64,000 nucleotides of DNA from an uncultured virus (IMG/VR IMGVR_UViG_3300046170_000536) (IMGVR_UViG_3300046170_000536); one strand, 5' to 3'. Positions 41,894 through 54,194 are shown, counted from the first letter of the stretch. A program made the numbers and translations. The notes: a model not told the origin generated them from the sequence alone.

Positions 41894-43513
41894 TTAAATT
41901 TCCATGTTAGACATGAGCATGGGCTTCGCGTTAGGAGACTTCTGTGCCTTCAGGTATCTGAGCGTGGCAACTTTGCCCTTTGTTGAGGGAAGGAACTCCT
42001 CGTGCAGATGCTTGTAAGGCCTAAAGTTCAGGGGAATTCCGGCGTTCTTCTCAGCCTGAGTCACAACCATGTGGCGTCCGTTCTTTGCCTTGACGATGTG
42101 AAATATCGGGTGGCTCTTCCTTATCTCCTTCGATGGGGTTGTCACCGTCTTCAGTCCGTACTTGTTGACAAGCTTCTGGAAGTTTGCTTCATGGTTTCTC
42201 GTGACCAACCCCGAGTTCAGCTTCCTGAGGGTTAATGCCGCCCTCTTGGCCTCCATGTTCGCTTTCTTGGCAGCCATTGCTGCATAGACCGCCTCCTTGT
42301 CTGCCGCCTTCTTGGCCGCCTTTGCCTGATTATTTGCCGCCTTCTTGGCCGCCTTCTTGGCCGCCTTCTCGGCTTTCTCGGCCGCCTTCTTGGCCGCCTT
42401 CTCGGCTTTCTCGGCCGCCTTCTTGGCCTCCTTCTCGGCTTTCTCGGCCGCCTTCTTGGCCTCCTTCTCGGCTTTCTCGGCCGCCTTCTTGGTCTCCTTC
42501 TCGGCTTTCTCGGCCGCCTTCTTGGCCTCCTTCTCGGCTTTCTCGGCCGCCTTCTTGGTCTCCTTTACCGCTTTTTCCTTGTCAGCTTCCTCCTTTTCCT
42601 GTGCATACAGTCTTACTGACATCTCTGACCTCGCCATCCCCGTTATTAAAAGGTGTAGACCTTGCATCTGTGTGTACAGAATATTGCAGATTTCCACAAG
42701 GTACCTGGCATCTTCATCGTTTGTGAGGCTATTGTGCTTATCCAAGAGATCGTTTGCGTTCTCGATCAGCACTAACGCGAGAGAGTTTGCTGTCAAGGAG
42801 GTGGAGTTCTTGTTCAGAATGTCCCTTTTCTTCATGCTGTTCATAGCTACTTCCAGTTCTTTGGCGTTACCCAACAACATATGCTTGTCAAATAGGCACT
42901 TCATAAAGATTGCGGTTGCTTGGCGAAACATCTGCTCTTGGTACCGACTTTTTTGGGTTTCATTCAGGTTTTCTGCAAACCCTGAGTCACCAGGATCCTT
43001 GCACAACTGGATGAGCGTGAAGAAACCCTTCTGAACCCTGTCTGACATCTTTTCGGTATCGTTCCTGACGGACATGAAGAGCTTGGCCATTTCGACATAG
43101 TCATTGGTCATTTCCTGGACATATTGCTGATGTTCTGGGTTCGTCGACCGTGCCAACTGCTTTAACGAGATCTCTTTGTTCTCGCCAATGTTTACCATCC
43201 CAAACGCCTCTCTTTCATTCACCTCCACGTTCTTTGGATCGAGAATAACCCTCTGTCCCCCGAAATTCGTATCGAAATTCATGAATTGCTGTCTCGCATT
43301 GATGATGTTGTTTCCCGGCGACCCCGATGGACTCGAGCGGTTGCTTCCCGCCGGCGACCCGGACGAGCGCGAGCGGTTGCTTCCCGCCGGCGACCCGGAC
43401 CCCGGGGAACTGTTCGGGGTACGACGTGAGTTCAGGTGATTTGCGATACGCTTCAGGTCGGCGGCCATAGAGACCTGAGAGTTTCGGATGTTCGACCACA
43501 AGTTCTGGCTCAT
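41894..43513 (-). CDS. protein with Lys/Ala/Glu-rich repeats (histone H1/TolA-like low complexity)
   Basis: 33-bp repeats encoding AKKAAEKAEKE at ~42300-42570; Ser/Pro repeats GSPAGSNRS near the N-terminus. Confidence 0.75.
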   Translation of the reverse strand: MSQNLWSNIRNSQVSMAADLKRIANHLNSRRTPNSSPGSGSPAGSNRSRSSGSPAGSNRSSPSGSPGNNIINARQQFMNFDTNFGGQRVILDPKNVEVNEREAFGMVNIGENKEISLKQLARSTNPEHQQYVQEMTNDYVEMAKLFMSVRNDTEKMSDRVQKGFFTLIQLCKDPGDSGFAENLNETQKSRYQEQMFRQATAIFMKCLFDKHMLLGNAKELEVAMNSMKKRDILNKNSTSLTANSLALVLIENANDLLDKHNSLTNDEDARYLVEICNILYTQMQGLHLLITGMARSEMSVRLYAQEKEEADKEKAVKETKKAAEKAEKEAKKAAEKAEKETKKAAEKAEKEAKKAAEKAEKEAKKAAEKAEKAAKKAAEKAEKAAKKAAKKAANNQAKAAKKAADKEAVYAAMAAKKANMEAKRAALTLRKLNSGLVTRNHEANFQKLVNKYGLKTVTTPSKEIRKSHPIFHIVKAKNGRHMVVTQAEKNAGIPLNFRPYKHLHEEFLPSTKGKVATLRYLKAQKSPNAKPMLMSNMEI

Positions 43514-43539
43514 TGATATTTACGCTGAACAATTTTTTT

Positions 43540-46500
43540 TCACAGGACGCTGCCCTGAACGCACGCACCGGATACGAGTCCACGGTTTTGACGGTACCGT
43601 CGGGGAGGGTGTCCACCGGCGTCAAGTAGGCGTACGTTCCCGTTGGATACTCCGTGGTCACGACGGTGGTGCCTCCGTACGAGTCGAGGTCCGATATGGC
43701 CACGGGAGTCCCATCCGGTTTGATGTGGCCGTAAATTGGGTAGCCGTCCATTGCCAGTCCTATGATGAAAGCGGAGTCCGCCTCGGATACCAGGGGTGGC
43801 AGCGGGGTCAGTGTGACCGTTCCGATGGGGTTGGGGTCCCCCTGAGTAGCCGTAGGTGGTCGCGGGCCACCCGACGGGGACGGTGAAGGCGAAGGTGCTC
43901 CCCCGCATGCGCCACCAGCGATAGGATGGCGTTCCCACTCGAGTCCCTGAACTCTGGGCCTTGGTCCCCGACGACAAAGAGATACTCCCCTCCCTCGGAC
44001 AGGGTGAGGTCCGTTCCCCAGAGGCACCGAGACGGGCCCGACGTAGTTCCGGAACCCCGCCGCCTCGTACCAGTTCTCCGCGGTCAGGACCTCCCCGCCA
44101 AGCGTGACCCCGGCCACCGTCTTGGGCTGCTCGACGGCGCTCGTGACCGGGAACCTCGGGATGCGCAGCTGTCCCACGAAGATTGTGTCCAGGTCGAATG
44201 TGGAGCCCTCGATGAGCACAGCCGGGTTGAAGAAGGTGACAAAGTCCTTGGTGTACACCGTCTCGGGGGCTGATGCCAGGCCGTACTTGAGCTGGTGGCT
44301 GCCGTACGTCTGCACCGAGAAGGAGAGGGTGTCGTCCTCGTCCGCGAGTTGCTGGTCCAGCGCGGAGGAGTCTATGCTGTACCTGAGAGGCTCTCCTCCC
44401 TGCCCCCCGGTCCACGCAAGTTTCGCCGACGACGGTGAGGTTGTCCACTTCGAACGAAAGGAGCTGAACGTCTGCCGGTGGGGCTGAGGGGGCCACTCGG
44501 GCGTAGTCCACCTGCCACGCCAGGCGGATGGCTGCCGGGGCGTCCGCCTCCACTTGCAAGTAGCGGTACGGCCCTCCGGCGGTAGTGTGAATGACGGTCT
44601 CGTGTCCGGGAGGGGGTGCCGTGACGCCCTGCTCCCCCCATGGCGCTGAGGTGTCCGCGTCGTGGTACGTGTTCGTGGCGGTTGCGACCAGGGTGTAGCT
44701 GTCCTGAACATCTTGCTTGGCGAGCAGGCGCACCTCGGTGGGTGGCTGCGCCGAGTCCGGGCCCCCTGGCGGAGTACAGATGCAGCGCCCTGATCCACGT
44801 GCTGGTCGTGGTGGCGGTCTGGAACTCGAAGTTCTCGGTGGAGCCGGCGCCGTCCGGGATGGGCTGGTCGGTCTGGATGTAGGTCCCCGCCTCGGTGTAT
44901 GCGAAGGCGTTCTGGATGGAGCCGGTCTCGACAAACGCAAGCTCGGGTACGCTGACCGTAAGCTGTTCGTCTCTCGTCCCGGCTACGGTGGTCACGATGA
45001 ACTTGGCGATGTACACGGTGTCCGGGTCCAAGGCTATTGTCCTCGTCAGGTCAATGTTGATGCCCGGTGTGAGCGTCAACAGCTGGACCCCGGATGTCCT
45101 CTGGTTGGTGAGCGTGACGGAGGGGCTGACCGTCATCCCCCCGGCGTAAGACTGGATCCTGAAGGAGTATTGTTGGGAGCTGAGGGTTCCGGTGACGTCG
45201 AGGCTGAGGGACGGCGCCGGCAGGGAGAACACCAGGCTGGGGGTTCCCGAGCCCCTCACCAGGTTCCAGCGGGTGAAGGTGCTTACGGTGACGTCGAGAG
45301 GGAGGGTGGACCACGGCACGGCCAGCCTCGTGTCGGTGGTCTGGTTCCCGTTCACCTCGTACCTCCTCACGACGAGCCCCCCGGTGTCCGGAGGCGCGCT
45401 CCAGGATACAAGCGCATGCGTGTCCGTCCACGTGACGTCCACCGCGGTCACCGGGGAGGGCTCGACCGGCCCGAATTCTGCAGTCAGGACGGGTTCCGAC
45501 ACACCGAAGACGTTGGACAGCGTCACCTCGAAGCAGGAAGGGCCCGAGGAGGCTGTTCGCATACCAGTCGACGGAGTTGGAGTCGGACGAAGAGGACAGC
45601 CCCCTCGAGTCTACGAGCTTGGCGCGTATGGCGTCGCTGGAGTTGACCTGCACCGTCGCCGAGTCCTCTCCAAAGGACGTGCCCGTGAGCTCGGAGGTCT
45701 CCGTGATCGTCCGGCCACGGAGACGGAGCTGAGTTGCTGCAGCCTGGCTCGCGCTTCGTCTCCAGACGCGTTGGTCACCAGCACGTCCGAAAAGCTTGGC
45801 AGGGTGGACACCAGGGAGTCGGCCTGGTGTCTCGAGAGCTGCCTCGCGTTGGTACTCACCACGACGCTCCCCTCGGACACCTGGAGGGACACCATGTCCG
45901 TCGTCACTCCCTGCGGTCCGCCTGCCACCGAGGCGATGTAGTCGTCCGCGTAGGTAGTGTTGAAGATATCCACCTGTCAGCCCGGGGGTTGCGAAGGTGG
46001 CGGTGAAGGCGACGTCGACCACCTCCACCAGGGCTTGTATGGTCGCAGGGGGCTTGCCAACCTGGTCCACCGGGAAGCGCATCTGCGAGAAGCCATGGAG
46101 GTCCTGGGCGGTGCCCCCGTAGACGCTCACCACACCGTTCGGCGTCCACGCACGCCCCGACGACGGCTCCCCGACTCGTGCGCGACGACTGTGCCAAAGT
46201 GCTTTCCCAGGTTTGGTCCTGTAGCCGACCGGCAGGGTGAAGAGCGCCACCTTCGTGCTGCTCTCGCTCGCCTTGAAGTTTCCAACCACAATCACCTCGT
46301 CGGCAAGCCCTCTTGTAAGCCAGGCGTTGTACGTCCTGGGACTCGGGGATGGGACGCGCCGACTGGCTCGGGGAACCTCCACACGTCCTTGCTGACAGCC
46401 CCGGCGTACACCCTGAGCTCCCCGGCGGGGCCTCCCTCTGTCTTGTAGTACAGGATTTGTCCTGCGAGGCCCGGGGGCACGGTGAACGTGATGCTCCCCC

Positions 46501-49500
46501 CGGCGCTGGAGCTGGCGCTCGTCACTTGCGAGCCATCGTACAGCAGCAGTGCGTCGTTCTGGGGTGGGAAGAGGGTCGATGGCCGGAAGCGCTCGTTCCC
46601 CGCCGCCGACGGCGATATGAAGACGCCGGTGGTGCATAACGAGGTGTCAAACTCATACACCAGCCCCTCGTAGAGGTCCAAAGGGCGGTAGGCGCCGTGA
46701 GCCAAAGTGTTGTACACGTCCTCGGACACCTTTGGCTCGTAGGCTCCGAGGCTTACCCCCGCCTCCCCCTGACCGAGTCCTATGGTGACACTCTCGGGCA
46801 TCTCGTCCCCGGACACCGACACCACGGTGTTGGTGACGTCCGCTGGGATGGCCACGGTCCTGATGTTATCCCCCGGGGGTGACCGACGTGTCCGTTGAGT
46901 ACAGCACGTCCCCATCTGTATCTTGGACGTTGATCGTCACCAGGCGCGACTCGCCCTCGTAAGACTTGGATGTAGCTGCCTGGAGCCTTGCCACGTCCTC
47001 GTCTGAGATGAAGGTCTGGGTGGTCAGGGCGTCCGTGAGGGAGAGCTCGGTGGCGACCTGGGCCGAGAGGGCGCTCAGGGTTTTAACTTGCACAGCCCCG
47101 GGAATGAGCAGCGCCCCCGGGTCGTAAGGCCCCCCCTCGGCGACTTCCGGTCCCACCTCGAGTCCATAGGCCTCGTCCATGACGGTCCCGTCCAGAGACG
47201 ATGCAAGGACCATGCGCTCCCCAAGGCTGAGCGAAAGGATGTGAGCGCCGGGGCTCAGCGTCACCTGGCGGTGTCCTGGGACTGTCAGGGTTGACCCCGA
47301 GGCGGTCCCGAACATGGTCTGCGACTCGTTGACTGGGGTGATGAGACTCCCGTGTAGCGTCCTCGGCCCTTGCGTCACCCCGGACGTCTCCGTGGTTGTG
47401 ATGCCGAAGAAGAACCTCAGGCCATTTCCGCTCGGGTCCCACACGGAGCCAATGTTTAGGACGTCCATGACCACCAGGGATGACCCCGGAGGTATGGAGT
47501 GGTCGAACGCAGACACCGTTCCCGACGACGTGTTCTGTATGACCATAGACACGTTCGGGTCGCGTGAATAAAGGTCCTCGGCGTCAACCTGGCACACCGA
47601 AGCATTGGTCACCGACTTGGACAGGGCTGCTCCCCCCGTCGACGTAAGAGAAGCTCTGCCTCGCGGGGGGGGATGGCGGCGGTCACGCCGGCGTCCGCGA
47701 ACACCACCGAGTCTCCGGACCTGCCGAGGGCTGCCAGGTCGACAATGTCTGTCAGCACCGCCGCCCTTGTGCCGTTCAGAAGGACCTCAGGCCTGAGATC
47801 CGGAGATCCTGAAGGTCAGATGCGTCCACACCCCGACGGGGATGGAGAAGGGACGTTTCACCGACCTCAGGAGAAGCCCCTCAGGTGTCGATGCTCCAGG
47901 GAGTGCGACGTCGGCAGGCGGTGCGGTCGCCCTGCATCGCTCCCTCGCAGATGAACACGTCCCAGAAGCGCGAGGAGTCCATGGAGCCGAGGCGGAGGAG
48001 CTGGTCGTGGCTCAGGCTGTCTTCGAACACCACCCCCCTCAGCACCTGCGTGTTCTCCAGTCCTCCGAAGGTGACGCTGTGGTTCGGCTTCACGGCGGTC
48101 GTGTACTCCAGCACCTTGACCCCCCCTAACACCACGGTGGCTTTGCCAGAGTCCGATACAGAGAAGCCGAATGAGACCCTGGACCCCGGCACGTGGGCCA
48201 CCTCCAGACGCATCGTTTCGTCGAGGGGGCCCGAGATGTACCCCGGGTCGAAGAAGATGGCTCGGGAGCCGTCGACGCTCAGCTCGAACTGGTCAGAGAC
48301 GACGAGCTGCTGGGTGTTCTGTGAAACGTCGAGCACCGCGGCCACTGACCTCACAGAGAGCACGGGCGAGGCCCCGCCGGTGCCAGCGTAAGAGGGGTAC
48401 GCCACCTCCGACGCGTTCCCGAGGGTCACCGCCCCGGGCGTTCCCACGACGTTGCCCTTGGGTGTTCCCAGAGACGTGTATCCGTTTACGGTCATGAAGG
48501 ACTGTCCCAGCGAGACGAAGCAGACCTTGCCGATGACGGAGGTTTCCGTCTCAAAGGTGAAGGACCGAGTCCGAGCCCGGATTCCTCCCAGGGGAAGTGC
48601 CTCGGCGCTCATCCCCGGTCCCACCAGGAAGACCCCGGGGTGTGTGATGTAGCACGATACGTAGACGGTGTCCGCCGATTCGGAGCAGGTGATGGTATTG
48701 TCATAGTTCTGTCTGTACGCGCGAATGTTGGTGGCCGGCCCCGATGCGACGATGGTTCCGTCCACGGCGGGTTTCACCCAGGAGCACAGGCTCCTTGGGC
48801 TCCCGGTAAAGTTGAGTGACACCGTCTCGGAGCCGCGCCCCTTCGTGAGCCCCTCCCCGGCGCGCACCGGAGCATCTCCAAGGGCGCACGCCCCCCCGAC
48901 GGGCACCGGCAGGCTCTGGCGGGCCTCCCCGTCCACGTACACCATGGTTATGTTGGCGCTGGAGTCGACGGACACGGCGATATGCTCGCCGGGCCCAAGG
49001 ATGTAGTCCGTCTCGGGGGTTGACACAAGCGCCTGGTCTCCCTCCGAGAACCCCTTGCACACCGACAGCACCTCGTCGTCTGCTCAGGACCCGGTCGTAG
49101 ACGTACACCGGCGCTGTCAGGGCAAACTGCCCCTCCGCCACCGAGGCTGCCCCCCCAGGCGTGCACCAGCTCTCCCTCCGAGAAGATCCTTCCCTCCGAT
49201 GTCACCGGCCACCGCGTACACGTACTTCACGTCCCTCGACCACAGAGCTGCCGGGGCCGTCGGCAGCCCGGGGAGCCACTGCTCCGTTGCATGAGAGCCG
49301 GTGAGGAAGGCCACCACGGTGAAGGGGCGCCCTGGTCCGGGGCACGAGCCCACCCGGAGCCCTCATGCCCTTGGGCGCCGGCGCAGCCCCCGTGGCGAAG
49401 GTGTACTCCCCCACCCGGAAGCGGGTCCCTTGGAACGCGGTGCTGCCCTGGGGGAGGGGGTGGGAGGGAGTCCGAGTCCTCTCCGAGTATACGCTGGTCT

Positions 49501-49819
49501 CGGGTCCCCTGGTATACGAGGACGAAGATGCCGCCGAGCCTCTGCCAGATCTGGAACGGGGCGCTCACACAGTCGAACGCAGAGCCCCGTTCAGGTACAC
49601 GGGCCCTCCGGTGGCGTCGTGCAGCCTCACCTCCTGGATGTCTGTATCCCGGCCGAGGTCTGTCCGTGGTCCGAGCCCGGTTCCTGGGAGCCCCGAAAGG
49701 GTCACCCTCTCCGCGTTCGTTTCCGCGAGGCTGAAGTTCCCCGTGGCGGCCCACAGCCTCGCCACCGGTGACGGCTCGTGGAGCTCTGGGAGCCCCAGCT
49801 CGTTCAGCTTCATTGCCAT
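43540..49819 (-). CDS. giant (~2000 aa) putative surface protein with LamG-like, cupredoxin-like, FN3 and C-terminal YHYH-like domains; many frameshifts
   Basis: Contiguous minus fragments from MAMKLNEL; FN3 VSWSAPPDTGG; YHYH-like IIGLAMDGYPIYG..DLDSYGG..EYPTGTYAY. Confidence 0.6.
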
Positions 49820-49849
49820 GTGTTGACAAAAATAATATGGTCTTTGGAC

Positions 49850-50613
49850 ATGGAAGACTACAACATCGCTTTCTACACCCTCGGCATCACCCTGTCCGCC
49901 TCGGCTTGCGCGTGGGTTGCGAATGTGCTTTACACCCAGTACGAGTTTATGAAGTCCAACAGGGTAAACAGATACAAGGATGCCCTGAGCAGTTCTATTG
50001 GCCACTGTACATCCGCCTCACGGAACTGCTCGCTTACACCAACAAGAATGGCGACTGCGAGCTGCAGAAGTCCAAGATAACCGAGTGTGCCTTGGCCACG
50101 ATGGATATTGTCAGGGACAAGATTGGCATGGCCATGCCCAAGAAGCACATCGCCCAGCCGCTGTGCGAGCTGGTCGCCATGCTTGCCGCGGGGCTCAGGC
50201 ACGACAACCCTACAGAGTTTTTGAACATGGACATCCTGAGGAGGATCGAGATTATCGTCAAGTCGCGCCTGATAAGCATGCAGCGCAAGTACGACGCGAT
50301 CGTTCACCATGCGGACGACAAGGGCACCTCCGACATGTACGAGATGGCCATAGAGGAGCTCAGGGCCTACCTCTCCAAGAAAGCCAACGGGGAGATACCG
50401 GGGTACGTGCCCCCTGAGCTCTCGCTGAGGGTCTGCCTCTCGTCCAAGATCAAGCACTGCGACCGGATGAGGGACGAGCTCCTGCGGCTCTTCGAGTGGG
50501 AGCTCAACCTCCCCCAACCGCACCGAGAGGAGCACGACCGCAGCCCCCGCTACTCCATCGACGAGGAACGCCCGCCCTTCATCCAGAACCGGTTGGCCCT
50601 CCCTTCAGATTGA
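49850..50613 (+). CDS. hypothetical protein with N-terminal TM; frameshift near 49988
   Basis: MEDYNIAF..RYKDAL joins EQFYWPLYIRL in ORF 49768..50613. Confidence 0.6.
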
Positions 50614-51679
50614 AGGTGTATAGGTACTTTCTCCTGGGCTCCCTCGACCATATCTCGTCTATCACCTGGTACCCGGACCTCATGGCGACCGTGGTGAGCA
50701 CGAATATCACGTAGTACAGGGGTCCGGCCCACCTCTCGGCCTATGCCAGCGAGCACCTCGCGTATGTACGAGAGTCCCACGCTCCTTGACCTCGTGCTAT
50801 CGTCCCAAGGGCGTGAGTCATCACGAGCTGATACACGACCGTTGTGAGGTTTCCCGAGCACCCTCGCGACGACCGTGGGGATCCTCCAGGATGACCGTCA
50901 AACGGTCCGAAGAGGGCCCTGGATGGCCAGGAAGTAGTTGCCGCGATGGAAATTCAGGAAAGCGCTACCAAGATCGGTCTGCATGAGGACTGTCCTGGAT
51001 GCTGATGGCGCCCATTGTAGCTTTCGGACAGGGCGTTGCGGGGCGCTGCGAAGCTTGGTACCAGCATGAGGGCGGCTTGGTCTAACTTCTTGTCACCCAC
51101 GAGAGACGGGTACATCTGAGCCAGCCTCATGTTCATCACCGCCGTATACCCCATGGCGCTGACGTGAGAGGCTATCGACCCGGCCCTCTGCTCGTTAAAG
51201 ACCACGTTCGACAGGCCTGAGATTCCCCCCAACACGGTGGACACAACCCGCGACACCACCGGTGTGATCTTGTTCTCCTCCATCAAGCCCTGGTCCATTG
51301 CCACGGCCGTTCCAAACTGGGCCAATGGCACCGCCAGCTGGATCAGCATGGGGACTTGAAACAGTATCTTGGTCTCCAAGAGCGACGCTGTCTCGATCCC
51401 GAAGACAGCGGCTACACTGGTCCTGAAGTATTTCACAATAAGCTTCTTCAGAAGCATGGAAGCCCCCTCCTTCACCGCCTCGATGGAAACCTTCTTCGTT
51501 GTCCTGAGAGAGTTGGAGACCCTCCCCTTCAGGAGCTCTGCGCACAGCGTCTTGGGAGGGACGTCGGCGTCTATTCCCAGGCTCAAAGCTACGTTCGTGA
51601 GCTCCCATGCGCCGTTCTCTATGGCTGCGTCGTTGCCGAGGCAGATCTTCTCCACTCTTCTGCGGTTGTTCCTGCTCAT
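50579..51679 (-). CDS. hypothetical membrane protein; 3' part frameshifted, end approximate
   Basis: ORF 50954..51748 from MSRNNR; protein-like continuation in other frames to ~50580. Confidence 0.45.
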
Positions 51680-51704
51680 ACCATAGCGTGGCAATTTTTT
51701 TTCA

Positions 51705-52505
51705 TTGCAAATGCAAATGAGCTGCAAGCAGATCGTCAAGAACATCACAAAATGCGTCGGGCAGGGGGTGAGTGCCCAGACATACCATACTCGGAGCCAG
51801 AATGTGATGAGGGTAGCCGATGAAGATGGGTGGCATGGCCTCGATGTGCAGGAACAGATCTATCCATCCCTGCGCAAGTTTGTTCCCCGGATCAAGATGG
51901 CGCATTCGTGTCCCGTCATAGAGGTCCCCAAGTGTGGCAAGACACCGGTCCATACGAAGAAGGACGCCATCCTGGTTGTCATGGAGGATGCTGGATACAC
52001 CCTGAAGCAGTACTGGAATGAAAAGTTGTACATGGAGCATCATCGCAACGAGGAGGAAGCTGTCAGGAGCGTGTGTCTCTCTGTGCTGAAGTTCCTCCAG
52101 GGATTCCAGAACAAACACCAAGGTGTTCACTTCGATCTGCATTGTGGAAATGTGTGTGTCTCTGTGAATGGAGATGTGAAGATTATCGATTTTGACCTCT
52201 CCATGACAGGTGGGAGCAAGCTCCCGAAGCACAAGTGGTACCCGGAATACGGCATCGTGCACAAGGATTTTGAGAAGCATAGGGGGTATGACCAGGTGTT
52301 CTTCGCTCATGACTTCATTAGGTATATCAAGTCTCCGGCGCTCATTCAGTGGGTGAAGGATACCGTCGCGATGGGGCGGGATGTGGATAAGAAGCTGGAG
52401 AGGCCCCTCGACACGACCGGGGTGACGCCTCGGGGTGCGCTTCGGCTTTTTTTCTCCGATAGAAGGAACAGGAAGAATGGGTCTTCGGGAGGCCCGCGCG
52501 CTTGA
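51705..52505 (+). CDS. protein kinase-like protein
   Basis: VGQGVSA glycine loop, VVMEDAG, HFDLHCGN, KIIDFDLS. Confidence 0.8.
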   Translation: MQMQMSCKQIVKNITKCVGQGVSAQTYHTRSQNVMRVADEDGWHGLDVQEQIYPSLRKFVPRIKMAHSCPVIEVPKCGKTPVHTKKDAILVVMEDAGYTLKQYWNEKLYMEHHRNEEEAVRSVCLSVLKFLQGFQNKHQGVHFDLHCGNVCVSVNGDVKIIDFDLSMTGGSKLPKHKWYPEYGIVHKDFEKHRGYDQVFFAHDFIRYIKSPALIQWVKDTVAMGRDVDKKLERPLDTTGVTPRGALRLFFSDRRNRKNGSSGGPRA

Positions 52506-52734
52506 AAAGAAACTCGAGTCGATGGCGAACATAAAGCACTACTCGAAACAGCTCGAGCAGCTTATCGCGAATATTCTGCTCTCCCTCGACCAGACGGGAT
52601 ACGCCAAGCACGACCCGTCCAGGACCCCTTATCAGGTTGTTGAGCTCCTCCGGAAAGCGAAGAGGTCCACAAAGGTCGCAAAGCAAATTAAGCAGCGCAT
52701 AGGCTTCATTCTTGAACGCCTACCCAAATCGTAG
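52477..52734 (+). CDS. small basic hypothetical protein
   Basis: Helical-looking 85-aa ORF. Confidence 0.5.
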   Translation: MGLREARALEKKLESMANIKHYSKQLEQLIANILLSLDQTGYAKHDPSRTPYQVVELLRKAKRSTKVAKQIKQRIGFILERLPKS

Positions 52735-52762
52735 CCCGCAGCTTGACCGATGACTCCTACAG

Positions 52763-53875
52763 ATGGCGACCCCTTTGGCGTACGTGTCAACCAATGGTTA
52801 CTTCAAAAGCAGCCGGGGTGTCATCAGGAAACCCATGCCGGCCAAGGGCCAACTGTACCCCTCTGTGACGGTCAACAACATCAGAGTTACGTTCCCTGTC
52901 CTGGTCAATGCCGTCATCAACCGAGACCAGTACACACCGGAGAAGACCCTGACGGAGCACAAGGACGATGATAAGACCAACAACAAGTCGGACAACCTGA
53001 AGTTTGGATCCCACAAGACCAACAACCAGGCGTCTATCGACGCCGGGAGGTCGTCCCACTCCGACCAGACGTCCAGGCCAATCCTCGGGGCCAGGGATGG
53101 CACCGACGACTGGGTCGAGTACAAGAGCGCAACCGTGGCTGCCAAGGAGCTCAACCTGAGTGGGGGCCATATCACCTCCGTCCTGAAGGGAAGTCGGAAG
53201 ACCACCGGCGGGTACATTTTCCAGTACCAGGAGCAGCCGGACCTCCCTGGCGAGGTGTGGAAGGACGCCGGTCACGGCTGCAAGGTTTCGAACAAGATGC
53301 GCTTAGAGGACAGCGACGGACACCGCAAGGTACCGAAGCCAGTCGGGGACGGCCGCCGGGTCGTCGGGATCAACAGCAAGCTCCAATACTTCCACCGGGT
53401 CGTGGCGCTCGCCTTTTGTCCTAACGATGACCCTGATAACAAGGTCGAGGTGGACCACCTGGACTTTGACCCTTCAAACTGTCTGCCGGAGAACTTGGAG
53501 TGGGTGACTCACGCTGAAAACACCAGGCGCTCGTTTCGGAACAACAAGAAGCGCAAGTCACCCGGTCCTGAGCAGAGCAAGCCGGTCAAGGCGTTCAAGG
53601 CTGACGGGTCCTCCGCCGGACAGTACAGTCGCGCACAGGAGGCTGCGGATGCGCTGGGGATGAGCGAGTTTAGCGTACGGGTCTCGGCGAAGGCTCACCA
53701 GGACAACAAGGCGGATAAGTACACCAAGGGTTACCGCTTCGAGTACGTTCCCCCGGCGGCCGACATCGACTACGGGAAGTGGTACCCTGTGTATCAGGAT
53801 CATATCGTCTTCGTCACGACCAAATGCCACGGCGCGGACAGGCGGAAACTTACCAGGAGGGGTAGAACAACGTAG
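52763..53875 (+). CDS. HNH homing endonuclease with NUMOD modules (copy 2)
   Basis: Colinear paralog of 16739..17863 with the same HNH motifs. Confidence 0.85.
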   Translation: MATPLAYVSTNGYFKSSRGVIRKPMPAKGQLYPSVTVNNIRVTFPVLVNAVINRDQYTPEKTLTEHKDDDKTNNKSDNLKFGSHKTNNQASIDAGRSSHSDQTSRPILGARDGTDDWVEYKSATVAAKELNLSGGHITSVLKGSRKTTGGYIFQYQEQPDLPGEVWKDAGHGCKVSNKMRLEDSDGHRKVPKPVGDGRRVVGINSKLQYFHRVVALAFCPNDDPDNKVEVDHLDFDPSNCLPENLEWVTHAENTRRSFRNNKKRKSPGPEQSKPVKAFKADGSSAGQYSRAQEAADALGMSEFSVRVSAKAHQDNKADKYTKGYRFEYVPPAADIDYGKWYPVYQDHIVFVTTKCHGADRRKLTRRGRTT

Positions 53876-54194
53876 ATAATCTCCCCTTGTGAATCTCAAT
53901 CACGTTATCGCACTTCGAGGCGAGCACATGAGTGACACGAAGCGCCGAGCAGCCCCCCCCAGAGTTCCTGGCCCTTATCTCACAGACCTCCCTGACAACC
54001 TCACCGAACTCGCTCTCCTGGCTATACCCCTTCAGTTTCTCAATTTCTTCGCCATCCTCAACTCTTGAAATTGAAAACCTGTGGCACGGCCCCCCGACCC
54101 TCTCACAGTCCTGCATGCGTCTCGGGGGCATCGGGGGGAGGGGGCATATGGTTCCAGGGCGGATGGGGGCTCTGTTCATCGCAAACGGTGACAT
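53850..54194 (-). CDS. hypothetical protein
   Basis: ATG after an A-rich leader, divergent from the methyltransferase. Confidence 0.45.
   Translation of the reverse strand: MSPFAMNRAPIRPGTICPLPPMPPRRMQDCERVGGPCHRFSISRVEDGEEIEKLKGYSQESEFGEVVREVCEIRARNSGGGCSALRVTHVLASKCDNVIEIHKGRLSTLFYPSW

Noticed and set aside
42345..43034. Hydrophobic AAFLAAFS repeat protein on the plus strand
   Set aside because: Antisense of the KKAAEKAE repeats.
52736..52762. Spliceosomal intron 3' end (ttgac...tacag) before HNH copy 2
   Set aside because: The AG next to the ATG is not conserved in copy 1 (caa), and no donor site or upstream exon was identified.
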